Virus record (IMG/VR): IMGVR_UViG_2622736508_000001
Length of the DNA stretch: 64,000 bases
Direction: 5' to 3' (one strand)
Source of the DNA: a virus
Taxonomy: Duplodnaviria > Caudoviricetes
Made by a program: the position numbers and the translations under genes. Of this stretch, positions 18,634 to 27,983 are shown in pieces. The notes beneath the pieces were generated by a model. It was given only the letters and a program-made list of their open reading frames with translations, was not told where the DNA came from and made no database searches. Each line of letters opens with the position of its first letter. The first letter of the stretch is position 1.

Positions 18634-21600
18634 CTAACCCCGCATTTTTAGCATATGGTTAACTGTTGCCGCATTATTTTTTACAAAGTTCATTAACACC
18701 CTCTCACCCGACCGCCCCCGCATATACCCGCCAATAATTTCGTCTCGGTCAAATACATTAACATTCCTGAGATTGACGGTAGTATCACCGGCAGTCAAAT
18801 TCGCCGCAACGCTTTGTGGCCCTGGAGCATCAGTACCAGCAAAGCTCCGATTAGTCAGCGATCCACCGCCAGCATAAGCTTTAAGCATTCCCGTCGGTAC
18901 TTGACCGCTATTGAGCCGCTCTAATAAATCTCTGCCATATTTTGTAACAGCAGTGCCGCGCATCACAAATTCGCCGTTTGATATGCGGATAAACCTCCCG
19001 ACATTGTCTACCCAGGCCAAAATACTGTCGCTGACACTTGTGCCCGGTCCCTCAACAATACCGCTGTCTATGGAACCGCCTTCGGCAAAATTCTGCGTGC
19101 TTGCAGTTACATTTTGCGTAGGAAGAGTAAACACGCGGTTAGGACCTAGTCCCATTAGCGACATAATGTTTTTCGTTAAAGCTTCAGCATATACGCGCTG
19201 GATTGCACTTAAGACAGTATTGGCTAAATCAAGAATGGCGTCGCCCAGAGAAGCGCATTGATTTATACCGTCAGTCAGGAAAGTAAGTAATCCGTCCTCA
19301 AAGGCTCGTTTACTTGATTCGTGAATTTTTTCAAGGAGAGTTGGAATTTCGGCTAATTTACGATTGAGGGTAGCTGCATTCTCATAATCTATAGCATCAC
19401 CAATGTTGCCTCCTGAATCACGTATTTTCTGTGCCTTAGTTTCATACTCCACCGCTTTATCTGCCGCAGCCCGCCTATTTGCCGCATCAATAGCATCCGA
19501 CTTCTGCATGCTTGTCAGACTGCGATCAGCGTCAATCATGGCGATCTCATTTTGCAGTTCAGCGTCAATACGAGCAATCACAGCGTCAAAAAACTCGCTT
19601 ATTTTATCGGTAATTCCGCGAATGGCGGCGCGAATCTTATTCGCCAGATCACGGTCGCCCAACTTAACAGCAGAATCTAATTGCAAGCGGAGATCGGCAA
19701 GGATAACCCTCGTTTTAGCGTTATATTGCCTGACGTACTCATCACTGACCTCAGTTGCGGACATAGCACCGGTAGCCAGGCTATTTAACAGGTCAATCTG
19801 GGCAGTGGTCATTTCCTCATTAGCGATTTCCAGGTCTTTCTGGGCTTGGGAAAAGTCAATCTGCGCGAATTGCATCTTTTGCAAATCCTGGATATCCTTA
19901 ACAGCGTCAGCCATCCCATTGACTTCAAACTTTTTAATCAGGTCGTTATATTTCGCTGTAAGCTCAGCCTTTTGCCGGGTTGACACGTCGCCTTTCGCTT
20001 CGGCAAGTGACTTGGATATCTCATCAGCCTCACCCATAAGCGTAAGAATGGCATTTAAGTATTCCAGGCCGCTCTTAGTCAGCACTGTACCAATCTTTGC
20101 TTTAACCTGCGCTGCCATCGTTGCGGTAAAGTCCTTGGCATTGATGTCCAGATGTCCGCCGGTGGCATGTTCGGACGGGTTATCGTACTCATCCAGTACC
20201 TGCAGGCCAATGGATTCCGCATAAGCAATAATTTTATCCCGGATACCATTAATATTTTTCTCAAGCAGCTCAGATGCGCCAGCATCAACCACATCAAATT
20301 TAGTACCGTTCACATGGCCGCCCCAGTCACGCAGCCCAGATGAAACCACCATCTGCTGCCCTGTAAGCTTATAAAAATAGGCTCCCAGAGCATCTATTGC
20401 CGTCTTAGCATTATCCTGCAGGCCGTCAATATTGACGTTCTCAAGCTCTTTGCGCCAGGTCTGACCGGCAGCGGACATTGCGTTAATAGCCTTATTGACA
20501 TCGTCCAGGCTGACACCGAAGGTTTTAAGCTTTTCAATTTCAATATCCAGCTCATTATCGGCTTTAGAAACTGCAGTATTTTGGTCTTCGTCTTTATCAA
20601 ATAACGCACCTTGCGTGGCCTCAAGCTTTCTTTGGGCCTGATCAACAGCAATTTGCTGTTCTTTCATTTCCATCTCGGTTTTGCGGCGCATATATTCTTC
20701 AGCGGAAATTAAAGCCTGTTCATATGCAACTTTCAGTTGATCCTGCTCCTGTTTAATGGCAGTGACCGCTTTCTTGGCATCGGCCTCAATAGCAGCAAGT
20801 GCTATTTTTAACGCCTGCTGAGAATTCTCAATGAGCTTGTTTTGATCAGCATTCTTATTGGTTACATTTCCAGCGGGAGTAATTGGCGGTAAGTTATTCG
20901 TATCTTCCAATCGACGGAAATCGGCCCAGCCTTTTTCGGGCTCCGGCTGCTTAGTCCCGGTTATTTGCGCAAGATAGTCAAAGAGTGTCTTTGCCTTATC
21001 GGTAAACCATTGCAGCTTTTTAATCTCGTTGTCCAGCACTTTGCCAAACAACTCGAATCCCGGCACGCTGACCTTTGTCAATATGCGCGTTAAATCCGTC
21101 AGGATGGAACCCACATCTTTAATCGCGCTGTACAGGTTCTTGGCGGAGCTGGCCATAGGATCGAAGGAATTACCAAAAAGATTTTTTATGTCACTAGATA
21201 GTTCCTTGACTTCCTTAAATCCGTCCTGAACATCATCCATAAACGCTAATATTGCCGGGTTGATTTCAAGCTCTCCAGTTTCCTCATTAATTGTGCCAAT
21301 AAGGTCTGATAAGAACTGCAGTCCTTCCTTGATCGGTTCTTCGAACTCCTCGGCAAATTTTGCGCTGGCCATGGTCCACATTTCATTGAGCTGGTCAATT
21401 TTGCCGGCCATCGTATCAGGAAATTTGTTTGCGGTTTCCGCAAATCCTGCCATGCGATCCATTAAATACTTATATAAACCGCCGGCTGAATTCTTAGCCT
21501 TTTTGATGTCAGCATCAGTAATACCTAATGCTGTCGCCAGCGTTGAGCCGGCCGCCGTTATCCCGCCCTGCACTAGGTCCCTGAGCTCCTGCACGATCTG

Positions 21601-22149
21601 CTGCCGCGGAACGCCGAGCGACTTAACGGCATTTGTACCAACCACGGCAATCTGCCGTATTTGATCCATCAGCATGTTGGCGTTTAAGCCCGGTGCTAGT
21701 ATGGCCCGGAAAACCTCAACCAAATCCTCAGTTGAGGCAGCAGTGCGCAATGCGTCCCGCTGCAGTTTTTTCATCATGTCGGAACTGACAGACAGCGCCG
21801 TGTAAAAGTCCACCGCCTTGCCGCCTATAAACGTCATGGACTGCAGGATGCCGGCTAGGCCGAGTTTGTTTTGTTCCATGCTTTTATTAAACTCAAAACC
21901 AGGTCCCAAAAGAGCTGTTGCAGCGTCTTTTACCTGATTAAAGATATATAAGATCGCAGCTCCGACGACGCTGATTTTGCCGAGAGTACCCAGAAAACTG
22001 CCGGCTGATTTTGTTGCTTCGCTAAAGTTTGCACCTGATCCGGCCGATTTAACATCTTTACCGGTCTGCCCTGCAGCCTTGGCAACGTCCTGCAATGCTT
22101 TGATGGCTTGGGCACTTTCGGCCGAGATAGTGAGTTTGATTTTAGCCAT
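18634..22149 (-). CDS. Tail tape measure protein with an embedded M15-like peptidase domain
   Basis: 1171 aa, Ala/Leu-rich helical protein. C-terminal FAEGG..GPGTSVSDSI..SNGEFV..YAGGG lambda-gpH-like motif; internal SSGLR..GHVNGTKFD..HLDI. Confidence 0.92.
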   Translation of the reverse strand: MAKIKLTISAESAQAIKALQDVAKAAGQTGKDVKSAGSGANFSEATKSAGSFLGTLGKISVVGAAILYIFNQVKDAATALLGPGFEFNKSMEQNKLGLAGILQSMTFIGGKAVDFYTALSVSSDMMKKLQRDALRTAASTEDLVEVFRAILAPGLNANMLMDQIRQIAVVGTNAVKSLGVPRQQIVQELRDLVQGGITAAGSTLATALGITDADIKKAKNSAGGLYKYLMDRMAGFAETANKFPDTMAGKIDQLNEMWTMASAKFAEEFEEPIKEGLQFLSDLIGTINEETGELEINPAILAFMDDVQDGFKEVKELSSDIKNLFGNSFDPMASSAKNLYSAIKDVGSILTDLTRILTKVSVPGFELFGKVLDNEIKKLQWFTDKAKTLFDYLAQITGTKQPEPEKGWADFRRLEDTNNLPPITPAGNVTNKNADQNKLIENSQQALKIALAAIEADAKKAVTAIKQEQDQLKVAYEQALISAEEYMRRKTEMEMKEQQIAVDQAQRKLEATQGALFDKDEDQNTAVSKADNELDIEIEKLKTFGVSLDDVNKAINAMSAAGQTWRKELENVNIDGLQDNAKTAIDALGAYFYKLTGQQMVVSSGLRDWGGHVNGTKFDVVDAGASELLEKNINGIRDKIIAYAESIGLQVLDEYDNPSEHATGGHLDINAKDFTATMAAQVKAKIGTVLTKSGLEYLNAILTLMGEADEISKSLAEAKGDVSTRQKAELTAKYNDLIKKFEVNGMADAVKDIQDLQKMQFAQIDFSQAQKDLEIANEEMTTAQIDLLNSLATGAMSATEVSDEYVRQYNAKTRVILADLRLQLDSAVKLGDRDLANKIRAAIRGITDKISEFFDAVIARIDAELQNEIAMIDADRSLTSMQKSDAIDAANRRAAADKAVEYETKAQKIRDSGGNIGDAIDYENAATLNRKLAEIPTLLEKIHESSKRAFEDGLLTFLTDGINQCASLGDAILDLANTVLSAIQRVYAEALTKNIMSLMGLGPNRVFTLPTQNVTASTQNFAEGGSIDSGIVEGPGTSVSDSILAWVDNVGRFIRISNGEFVMRGTAVTKYGRDLLERLNSGQVPTGMLKAYAGGGSLTNRSFAGTDAPGPQSVAANLTAGDTTVNLRNVNVFDRDEIIGGYMRGRSGERVLMNFVKNNAATVNHMLKMRG

Positions 22150-22150
22150 G

Positions 22151-22399
22151 CTACCCCTCCGCTATTGCAGTAATATATTTGTCCAGGTCTTTGCCGTCAG
22201 CCCAGACAGCCGCGCGAACATCGTACATATAGTCAATGCGGGCCATGATGGCATCAGCATAGAAAAAGATCATCTGATCCAGCGTGTACTCCTTGATCTC
22301 GCTAAACAGATGACCTTCGCGCTTTAAGACTCTGACGATGTCGCCCCAGGTTTCGCCTTGCTTTTTATGCTTGCCACGATCGGCTGGAGCGTCTTCGTA
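22151..22399 (-). CDS. Tail assembly chaperone gpT-like extension reached by -1 frameshift
   Basis: Open -1 frame from the GGT TTT TTT slippery run: YEDAPAD...ETWGDIVRVLKREGHLFSEIKEYTLDQM...IAEG*. Ends 2 nt before the TMP ATG. Confidence 0.8.
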   Translation of the reverse strand, partial: YEDAPADRGKHKKQGETWGDIVRVLKREGHLFSEIKEYTLDQMIFFYADAIMARIDYMYDVRAAVWADGKDLDKYITAIAEG

Positions 22400-22800
22400 A
22401 AAAAACCAAGATGACGCGCAATGATTGTAAAAAGTATTTGAATTGCTTCTTCTACATTCGGCCCTCGCTCTTCATCCAGGAAGAAGTCGCTGGACCGCCG
22501 GCAATAGATAGCCATGATTTCTACAACAGCATCAAAGTGGGACTCCATAAACTCATTGACCTTATTAATAACAAGATCATCAAATTCAATATCTGCAGTT
22601 CCTTCTTCCGCATTTTCATGAGTTACTTTTAAACCGGCTTTCGCTTCCCACAATAAGAACAGCCCAACGCCAATTGAGTTTATCAAAGAAACTACTTTAG
22701 GCAGCTTGGCAAAAGAAAACGGGCTAATGACTACCGTTTCACCGCTGGCAAGCTTTATCTCGTTCTCTGGGATTAAAACTTCAAGATCGCTTTTGCTCAT
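22324..22800 (-). CDS. Tail assembly chaperone (gpG-like)
   Basis: 158 aa between tail tube and TMP; slippery site at 22399-22407. Confidence 0.8.
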   Translation of the reverse strand: MSKSDLEVLIPENEIKLASGETVVISPFSFAKLPKVVSLINSIGVGLFLLWEAKAGLKVTHENAEEGTADIEFDDLVINKVNEFMESHFDAVVEIMAIYCRRSSDFFLDEERGPNVEEAIQILFTIIARHLGFFTKTLQPIVASIKSKAKPGATSSES

Positions 22801-22814
22801 TTATTTTACCTCCA

Positions 22815-22850
22815 AATAAAATTAATAAGAGCCGCGCGATGCGGCTCTTT
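22815..22850 (-). terminator. Terminator after the tail tube gene
   Basis: AAGAGCCGC-ATCGC-GCGGCTCTT followed by an AT-rich tract. Confidence 0.7.
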
Positions 22851-22851
22851 G

Positions 22852-23979
22852 CTACTGTACTTTGACGAGCTTATAAAACGGCTCGTCAGGGTGGTTCTGC
22901 CGGTCGGACATGCAGGTAGCCTGGATTTCATACGATCCAAAATCAGTGCCGATCAGTCCCGCCAAGTCACCATTCGGCTTCATGCTGCACCTCCAAAAAT
23001 CGCCGTTATAGCACGGCCCGCGATTCGGATCGCCAATAAAGAGCAGGCGTCCTTCGATGCGGCCGGCGGTGGCTCCCATGATTTTAGGAAATCTGGCGGC
23101 AGGAACGTGGTAGCTTATTTTTACCTTGCTTTCCGCCGGTATTGTTGATGTTGGAGGGATATTAATGATACCGGCCCTGGCTTCGACTTCATAGACGTGG
23201 TAGTCTTTGCCTTTTACATATTCACCACTAGCTGAGGTCGCTGTAAATTTATAGATTTCATTGGCAGTAAAATTCTGCCCGACACCGACAACCAATTTTA
23301 CTGTAATGCCATCCTCTAGCGCCTGATCGGTGCCGTCTGCATCGATCGCTGCACTATAAACTCCGGTAACTGATCCCTTCGTCCACTGGAATTTGCAGCC
23401 GGCGATATCGCCAGGATCGGTATTTCCGGTCGCTATCCTGACAAAATAATCGATTGTTTCGGTTCCGGTATACTCCCCGCCGGTAGTCAGTATTCCGTCA
23501 GAGCCGCTGTTGGTTGTCATTGCCGCCGTACCGATATCTGCCTCCACTACGTTCTCGGCCATCAGTGCCACATTGTCAATGTTATAATACGGCAGGCGAA
23601 TAACTGAGTCCGGCGATACAGTGTATTCCTCATCCACTACATCCTTTTCATCCTGTGTTTCAACACCGGTTTCGCCATACAGCCCTAAAGCCAGATTGGT
23701 CGGATCATATTCGGTAAAGGCCATGGTGATTCTGGCCGCCACCTGTGTAGTAACCTCGGCCATCAGTTCCCTGGCACTGGTCATGCTGGAATTTTTGCTT
23801 ACCGTGGTTACCTCGGTAGTTAAATTAAAAGAGTCCACGTTACCGCAGTGGTGCAGTATTCCCGTGGGCTCCCCCTGCTTGGTAAAACGTTCAAAATACA
23901 CGGTACCCGCGCCCAGCATCAGGTCCTCAGCGTTTGAGCCGGACGCCCTTGCAAAGCGCTGTAAGTCAAAATTAAACAT
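22852..23979 (-). CDS. Major tail tube protein with an inserted beta domain
   Basis: LMLGAGTVYF...GNVDSFNL..E motif. Start re-called at MFNFDLQRFA (GGAGG RBS). Confidence 0.8.
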   Translation of the reverse strand: MFNFDLQRFARASGSNAEDLMLGAGTVYFERFTKQGEPTGILHHCGNVDSFNLTTEVTTVSKNSSMTSARELMAEVTTQVAARITMAFTEYDPTNLALGLYGETGVETQDEKDVVDEEYTVSPDSVIRLPYYNIDNVALMAENVVEADIGTAAMTTNSGSDGILTTGGEYTGTETIDYFVRIATGNTDPGDIAGCKFQWTKGSVTGVYSAAIDADGTDQALEDGITVKLVVGVGQNFTANEIYKFTATSASGEYVKGKDYHVYEVEARAGIINIPPTSTIPAESKVKISYHVPAARFPKIMGATAGRIEGRLLFIGDPNRGPCYNGDFWRCSMKPNGDLAGLIGTDFGSYEIQATCMSDRQNHPDEPFYKLVKVQ

Positions 23980-24400
23980 ATCGGCTTTTCCTCCATTCAA
24001 TTGTTAGTATAATACTACAGCCAAAGGTCGGCCGGGTAATTGTCCCTTCAGAGGCAATCCCAGGACAATCAACTTTGGCGGCAACTTTTAAATCCTTTAG
24101 CAACAAATCCGACCAATCCCGCAAACTATCCAGAATAACACGCTGGACTTCGTACTGCTGCTGATAAACCACATCAGGCTCAACCTCATCTGACGGAACC
24201 CAAACATCTACCCAAAGGGTTATACCGCCCTCATTGGATTTATGAACTGACAGCCCCGACTCTTGATCCCACTGAACCTCAACGCAAGGATACTCTTTGG
24301 CTTTGCCCTTACTGCCAGGATAGACCTGCCACGGTTCGGCGAATTCAGGCTTGGCTGCCAGGAAGTCAACCAAATGTTTTGCAATTGGCCACCAAAGCAT
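23972..24400 (-). CDS. Tail terminator/completion protein (putative)
   Basis: Size and position before the tail tube; YPCVEV motif. Confidence 0.55.
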   Translation of the reverse strand: MLWWPIAKHLVDFLAAKPEFAEPWQVYPGSKGKAKEYPCVEVQWDQESGLSVHKSNEGGITLWVDVWVPSDEVEPDVVYQQQYEVQRVILDSLRDWSDLLLKDLKVAAKVDCPGIASEGTITRPTFGCSIILTIEWRKSRYV

Positions 24401-24401
24401 G

Positions 24402-24779
24402 TCAGCACCTCCTCAGCGGGATAGAGACAGGAAACTTCTTGCTTGCGCTACCGCCGCCTAACAGCGTTTCGGCTGTAATTTGGTCTTCAAGCTCAGCAAC
24501 GCGCTTGGCATAAATACGACGCTTTAACTCGTAAGAGTCCGCCCCATCCTCACCGCCGTCGCTGTTCATTCTGGTTTCATTTTGGGCTGCAGTCATCAGC
24601 GCATAGCACATAGCCAGCGTTCTCACTTGGTATGGAGCCGGAACAGGAATGCGCCCCGGATTTACTCCAAGGCGCAAAGCAATATCGTCAATATAGTCGG
24701 TACTCTCCTGTATATCTTCCGGTTTGATTAACTTTACAAGCAGTTTGTCCCGAATCTCAGTTGTATCAAAATAGGCCAT
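24402..24779 (-). CDS. Head-tail connector protein (putative)
   Basis: 125 aa, helical, in the neck gene position. Confidence 0.55.
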   Translation of the reverse strand: MAYFDTTEIRDKLLVKLIKPEDIQESTDYIDDIALRLGVNPGRIPVPAPYQVRTLAMCYALMTAAQNETRMNSDGGEDGADSYELKRRIYAKRVAELEDQITAETLLGGGSASKKFPVSIPLRRC

Positions 24780-25264
24780 CAGGCTCCTCCTCCAATCTGC
24801 TGGTCAATCTGTGTGGCCAAATTATCAAGCGCCCGGGCAAAGATCAGGTTAATAGCAGGCACCGCCGCCTCGCCGGCTTCATAAAGAAACTTATCCGGCT
24901 TGGTACCCGGATGCCAAACCTTTTTGGCAAAAACAAACTTGCCGCCCTTCGTCCAGCGCAGCGCCTTTTTCGCCCGCGGCAGAATCCAGTGCGGGTCGGT
25001 TCCGTCATGCACCCAGGGCGCATAGGTCGCAGCGCCTTCATCGAGATACACCGCGGCGCTCATTGCCTCCCGATCCACTTGGTAGTCCACTGACTTTTCC
25101 AGCATTCCGGTGCGGCTGCGGAACCGATGCTTGGCCCTGGCCAATGTCTGCACTTCCCTCGCTGATTTACCTAAAGCAAGCACCATTGCCTCATGAGCCA
25201 GTTTCGGCGACCTTTCGGCCGCCGCTAAAAGCTTCAGGTAATCCAGTTCGAACTTGACGTTCAC
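24779..25264 (-). CDS. HK97 gp10-like neck/tail completion protein
   Basis: RTGMLEKSV...YAPWVHDGT.PH.I.P...KALRW...FAKKV.HPGTKP..FL motif. GTG start at 25264. Confidence 0.75.
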   Translation of the reverse strand: MNVKFELDYLKLLAAAERSPKLAHEAMVLALGKSAREVQTLARAKHRFRSRTGMLEKSVDYQVDREAMSAAVYLDEGAATYAPWVHDGTDPHWILPRAKKALRWTKGGKFVFAKKVWHPGTKPDKFLYEAGEAAVPAINLIFARALDNLATQIDQQIGGGA

Positions 25265-25265
25265 G

Positions 25266-26312
25266 TTACGCCACCGTAAGGATGCGTACACTGTCCGCCG
25301 ATTCAAAACTAGGCAGGCAGATCGCTGAAACTATGGTCAGTACATTGACTGGATGCGGCTCGGCGTAGGTAGTTAATGCAGTACCGGTATTAACGATAGA
25401 CACCTTGGCCTGACTCGCATTGGTCAGCAAATCGGCCTCCTCCGGCGTGGTGCCGAAATAGGTATTACCCAGATTGCCGTCAGGGATAAGCGTAAACACA
25501 TTGTCTGGGAAAAACTGTTGTGAAGCGCCGCCAAGTTTTAGCAAGAACTTCTTGTTGTAGACCACAACAGTCAGCCCTAACTTATCAAGGAAATACTGTT
25601 TAAGAACATTGTCCGTCATGATGATATTCAGACCGCCGATCGGATTCATGTCTTTCTTGATTTTTTCATTCTGCAGTAAATAGCCCCAGGTTTTCCGAGT
25701 GCAGATTGCCCGCGTCGGCCGGTTGCCGGTGGCGTCTTCGGCACCCTCCATCAGATCCAGAATGTCCTGTACCGGATTGGAGTTCTCGGTATCCGACCAC
25801 TTCGCGGTACCTGCCAAAGAACTCATTTGAGATGATTTGAGGAAACCTGGATAATCATAGTCTACTCCATCCGCCTTAATCCTGATTTTCCCTGTCGACA
25901 ACAGTTGCATCCGCATGCGCTCGGCAACTACATTTACCCCTTTAACCAGGTTGCCGGCATCATCGAATATTTTCTGAATCATCGGCTTTAAAATATCCTT
26001 GTTTGCTGCTTCCATCGCCATCAATATTTGCTGGCGATCAAATTCGCCAATTCGCATGGATTCGCGGAAAAACGGCATTTCGGTTTCCAACTTGTCCACG
26101 CCGATGCGGTCTCTGACCGGTGCCTTAGCATCAAACGCCGCAGGAGCAAGCATAACCGGCAATCCTTGACTGCCCTTGATGTACGACAGGTTTAAACCTA
26201 GTTTCTTTTTCGGAGGGAACAATACTTCTCCCAAATAAGGAATTTGATTCGAAGCGGCTTCTGTGTAATAAACACCCATTTCTTGGGCATTAATCAAGTC
26301 AAAAATATTCAT
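25266..26312 (-). CDS. Major capsid protein (Phage_cap_E-like)
   Basis: 348 aa; YLGEVLFP.KK..G, MPFFRES and YFGTTPEE motifs. Confidence 0.88.
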   Translation of the reverse strand: MNIFDLINAQEMGVYYTEAASNQIPYLGEVLFPPKKKLGLNLSYIKGSQGLPVMLAPAAFDAKAPVRDRIGVDKLETEMPFFRESMRIGEFDRQQILMAMEAANKDILKPMIQKIFDDAGNLVKGVNVVAERMRMQLLSTGKIRIKADGVDYDYPGFLKSSQMSSLAGTAKWSDTENSNPVQDILDLMEGAEDATGNRPTRAICTRKTWGYLLQNEKIKKDMNPIGGLNIIMTDNVLKQYFLDKLGLTVVVYNKKFLLKLGGASQQFFPDNVFTLIPDGNLGNTYFGTTPEEADLLTNASQAKVSIVNTGTALTTYAEPHPVNVLTIVSAICLPSFESADSVRILTVA

Positions 26313-26336
26313 TTGAAAATCAGCTCCTTATATGAT

Positions 26337-26708
26337 TTACTTTAAAAAGACAATTCTGCCTGCAAGCGCAGTAATAGCTGTGGCAGCCGGTACCACCGGC
26401 AGCTTATCAGTGGCCGGAAACCCGTGAATAAGCATAGCGCCAGGAGCGGGACCATAGGTCACATCAACATCGTTAAACAGGACACCCTCGGCATTTTCGT
26501 CATTACTGGCAACTACAAGAATATTTTCCGGATCTTCTAGTACTTTGCCCCCAGAACCGCCGATGATTGTGCCGGCCGGGACCAGCTTTTTGCCATCATC
26601 GTTGACCGTTACCCCGGTGTCAGCCACCATAACCGGCATATTAACAAAATGATCCGCGAAACGGAGGATGTTTTTAGTCCCCAAATAACTGGTTTGCACA
26701 AATTTCAT
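26337..26708 (-). CDS. Head decoration protein
   Basis: DGKKLVPAGTII...EGVLFNDVDVT.G...GAMLIHG; lies between scaffold and capsid genes. Confidence 0.75.
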   Translation of the reverse strand: MKFVQTSYLGTKNILRFADHFVNMPVMVADTGVTVNDDGKKLVPAGTIIGGSGGKVLEDPENILVVASNDENAEGVLFNDVDVTYGPAPGAMLIHGFPATDKLPVVPAATAITALAGRIVFLK

Positions 26709-26714
26709 TGTTCA

Positions 26715-27482
26715 TTACTCTCCTTTTCCAAAATAGAATTCTGCCCCTTTTTGCAAGGACGGAGTCTGTTGAGTAGTTACCTGCTGCGCCAAAGCCTTGC
26801 CGAATGCGCCGGCTTCCCCTGCTTTACCGCCGGTACCACCGCCACCGCCGCCAGCGCCCGGGCTCTGCGGGTTAAATACAAATTCCGGATTAGCGTCCAG
26901 CCAGGCCTTGACGCCAGTGGCAACTTCAATTTCCTCTCCGTCGTCCTTCAAGAAAGCAAGGCTGTCATCGTCATTGATTTTGACCTTATCTGCCAGAATC
27001 TTTAAAAGCTGATCCGGCTTGATGGCCTTGTGTTCAGTCAGCGCTGACAGCAATGCCCGGTTGCGCTCGCTCGTTTGGCGCTTGGCGCGTTCTTCGTTTG
27101 CCAGCTTTTCAAAGGCGGCCAACGATTCCGTATTTTTTTTCAGTTCTCGCTGCAGCTTGGCATTGTCGCGCTGCAACTGGGCAATTTCTGGCGCATTCTT
27201 GCCGCCGTTTTTCTCGGCCTGGGCTTTTAGATCAGCCAAAGCTGTATCTAAATCCTCCACATCATCGGCAATACCGGTATGGTCGTGAAACTGTTCCAGG
27301 CGGCTGGTTGTGGCTTTCAGCTTGTCCTCCGTATCCTTGAGGGTTTTTGTTAATGTTTTAAACTGCGCCTTTTGCTGGCCGAGCTCTGCCTCTTTGGCGG
27401 CAATAAGGGCTTTAAGGGCCTCGGCGAATTTTGACCCTTCAGGCAGTTTAGCAAGGGCTTCAAGTAATTGTTCTAATGTCAA
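26715..27482 (-). CDS. Capsid scaffolding protein
   Basis: Coiled coil, Gly-rich C-terminal linker, TTG start with AGGAGG. Confidence 0.75.
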   Translation of the reverse strand: MTLEQLLEALAKLPEGSKFAEALKALIAAKEAELGQQKAQFKTLTKTLKDTEDKLKATTSRLEQFHDHTGIADDVEDLDTALADLKAQAEKNGGKNAPEIAQLQRDNAKLQRELKKNTESLAAFEKLANEERAKRQTSERNRALLSALTEHKAIKPDQLLKILADKVKINDDDSLAFLKDDGEEIEVATGVKAWLDANPEFVFNPQSPGAGGGGGGTGGKAGEAGAFGKALAQQVTTQQTPSLQKGAEFYFGKGE

Positions 27483-27577
27483 TTTGGTGACCTCCTTTGG
27501 TTTTTAGGCAAAATAAAAACGCCTTACGGCGTTATCACAAGTAGATATTCATTTTTTCTCACATCCTTTAAGCCAAC

Positions 27578-27601
27578 AAAAAAACCGCCAGGTTGGCGGT
27601 T
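27578..27601 (-). terminator. Terminator after the putative immunity gene
   Basis: AACCGCCA-ACC-TGGCGGTT followed by TTTTT. Confidence 0.8.
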
Positions 27602-27617
27602 AGTAATAGTTTAGTAA

Positions 27618-27983
27618 TTAAGCTGTTAATGTGGCGGCCTGCTCATTGTCAGTCTTTAAGAATACCCGGTGATTGTCCAGGTCTACAATCAGTTCGCCGG
27701 ATACAACCTTGTCGATATGCGCCCACCAATGACTAAATGGTTGCGAAAAATCCGCCTGGCTAAAATCCATAAACTCATTCATTTCTTGGTAAAAGCTCTG
27801 GGCATTATTTAGCAAAGTCTTATCTGCTAAATCTAACAGCTTTTTTTCCTCTTTTGATAATGACGAATAATTTTGCTCCAAGGTGTCCCTCATGGCAATA
27901 GTGTCCATAAGTTCAATGCCGGAAAGCGCTATGTTCTCAACATCAAATCCATATCGTTTAATTAGTTCTGCGTTAGTCAGCAT
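27618..27983 (-). CDS. Putative immunity protein for the MuF toxin
   Basis: 121-aa acidic ORF overlapping the MuF stop by 11 nt; AT-rich. Confidence 0.6.
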   Translation of the reverse strand: MLTNAELIKRYGFDVENIALSGIELMDTIAMRDTLEQNYSSLSKEEKKLLDLADKTLLNNAQSFYQEMNEFMDFSQADFSQPFSHWWAHIDKVVSGELIVDLDNHRVFLKTDNEQAATLTA

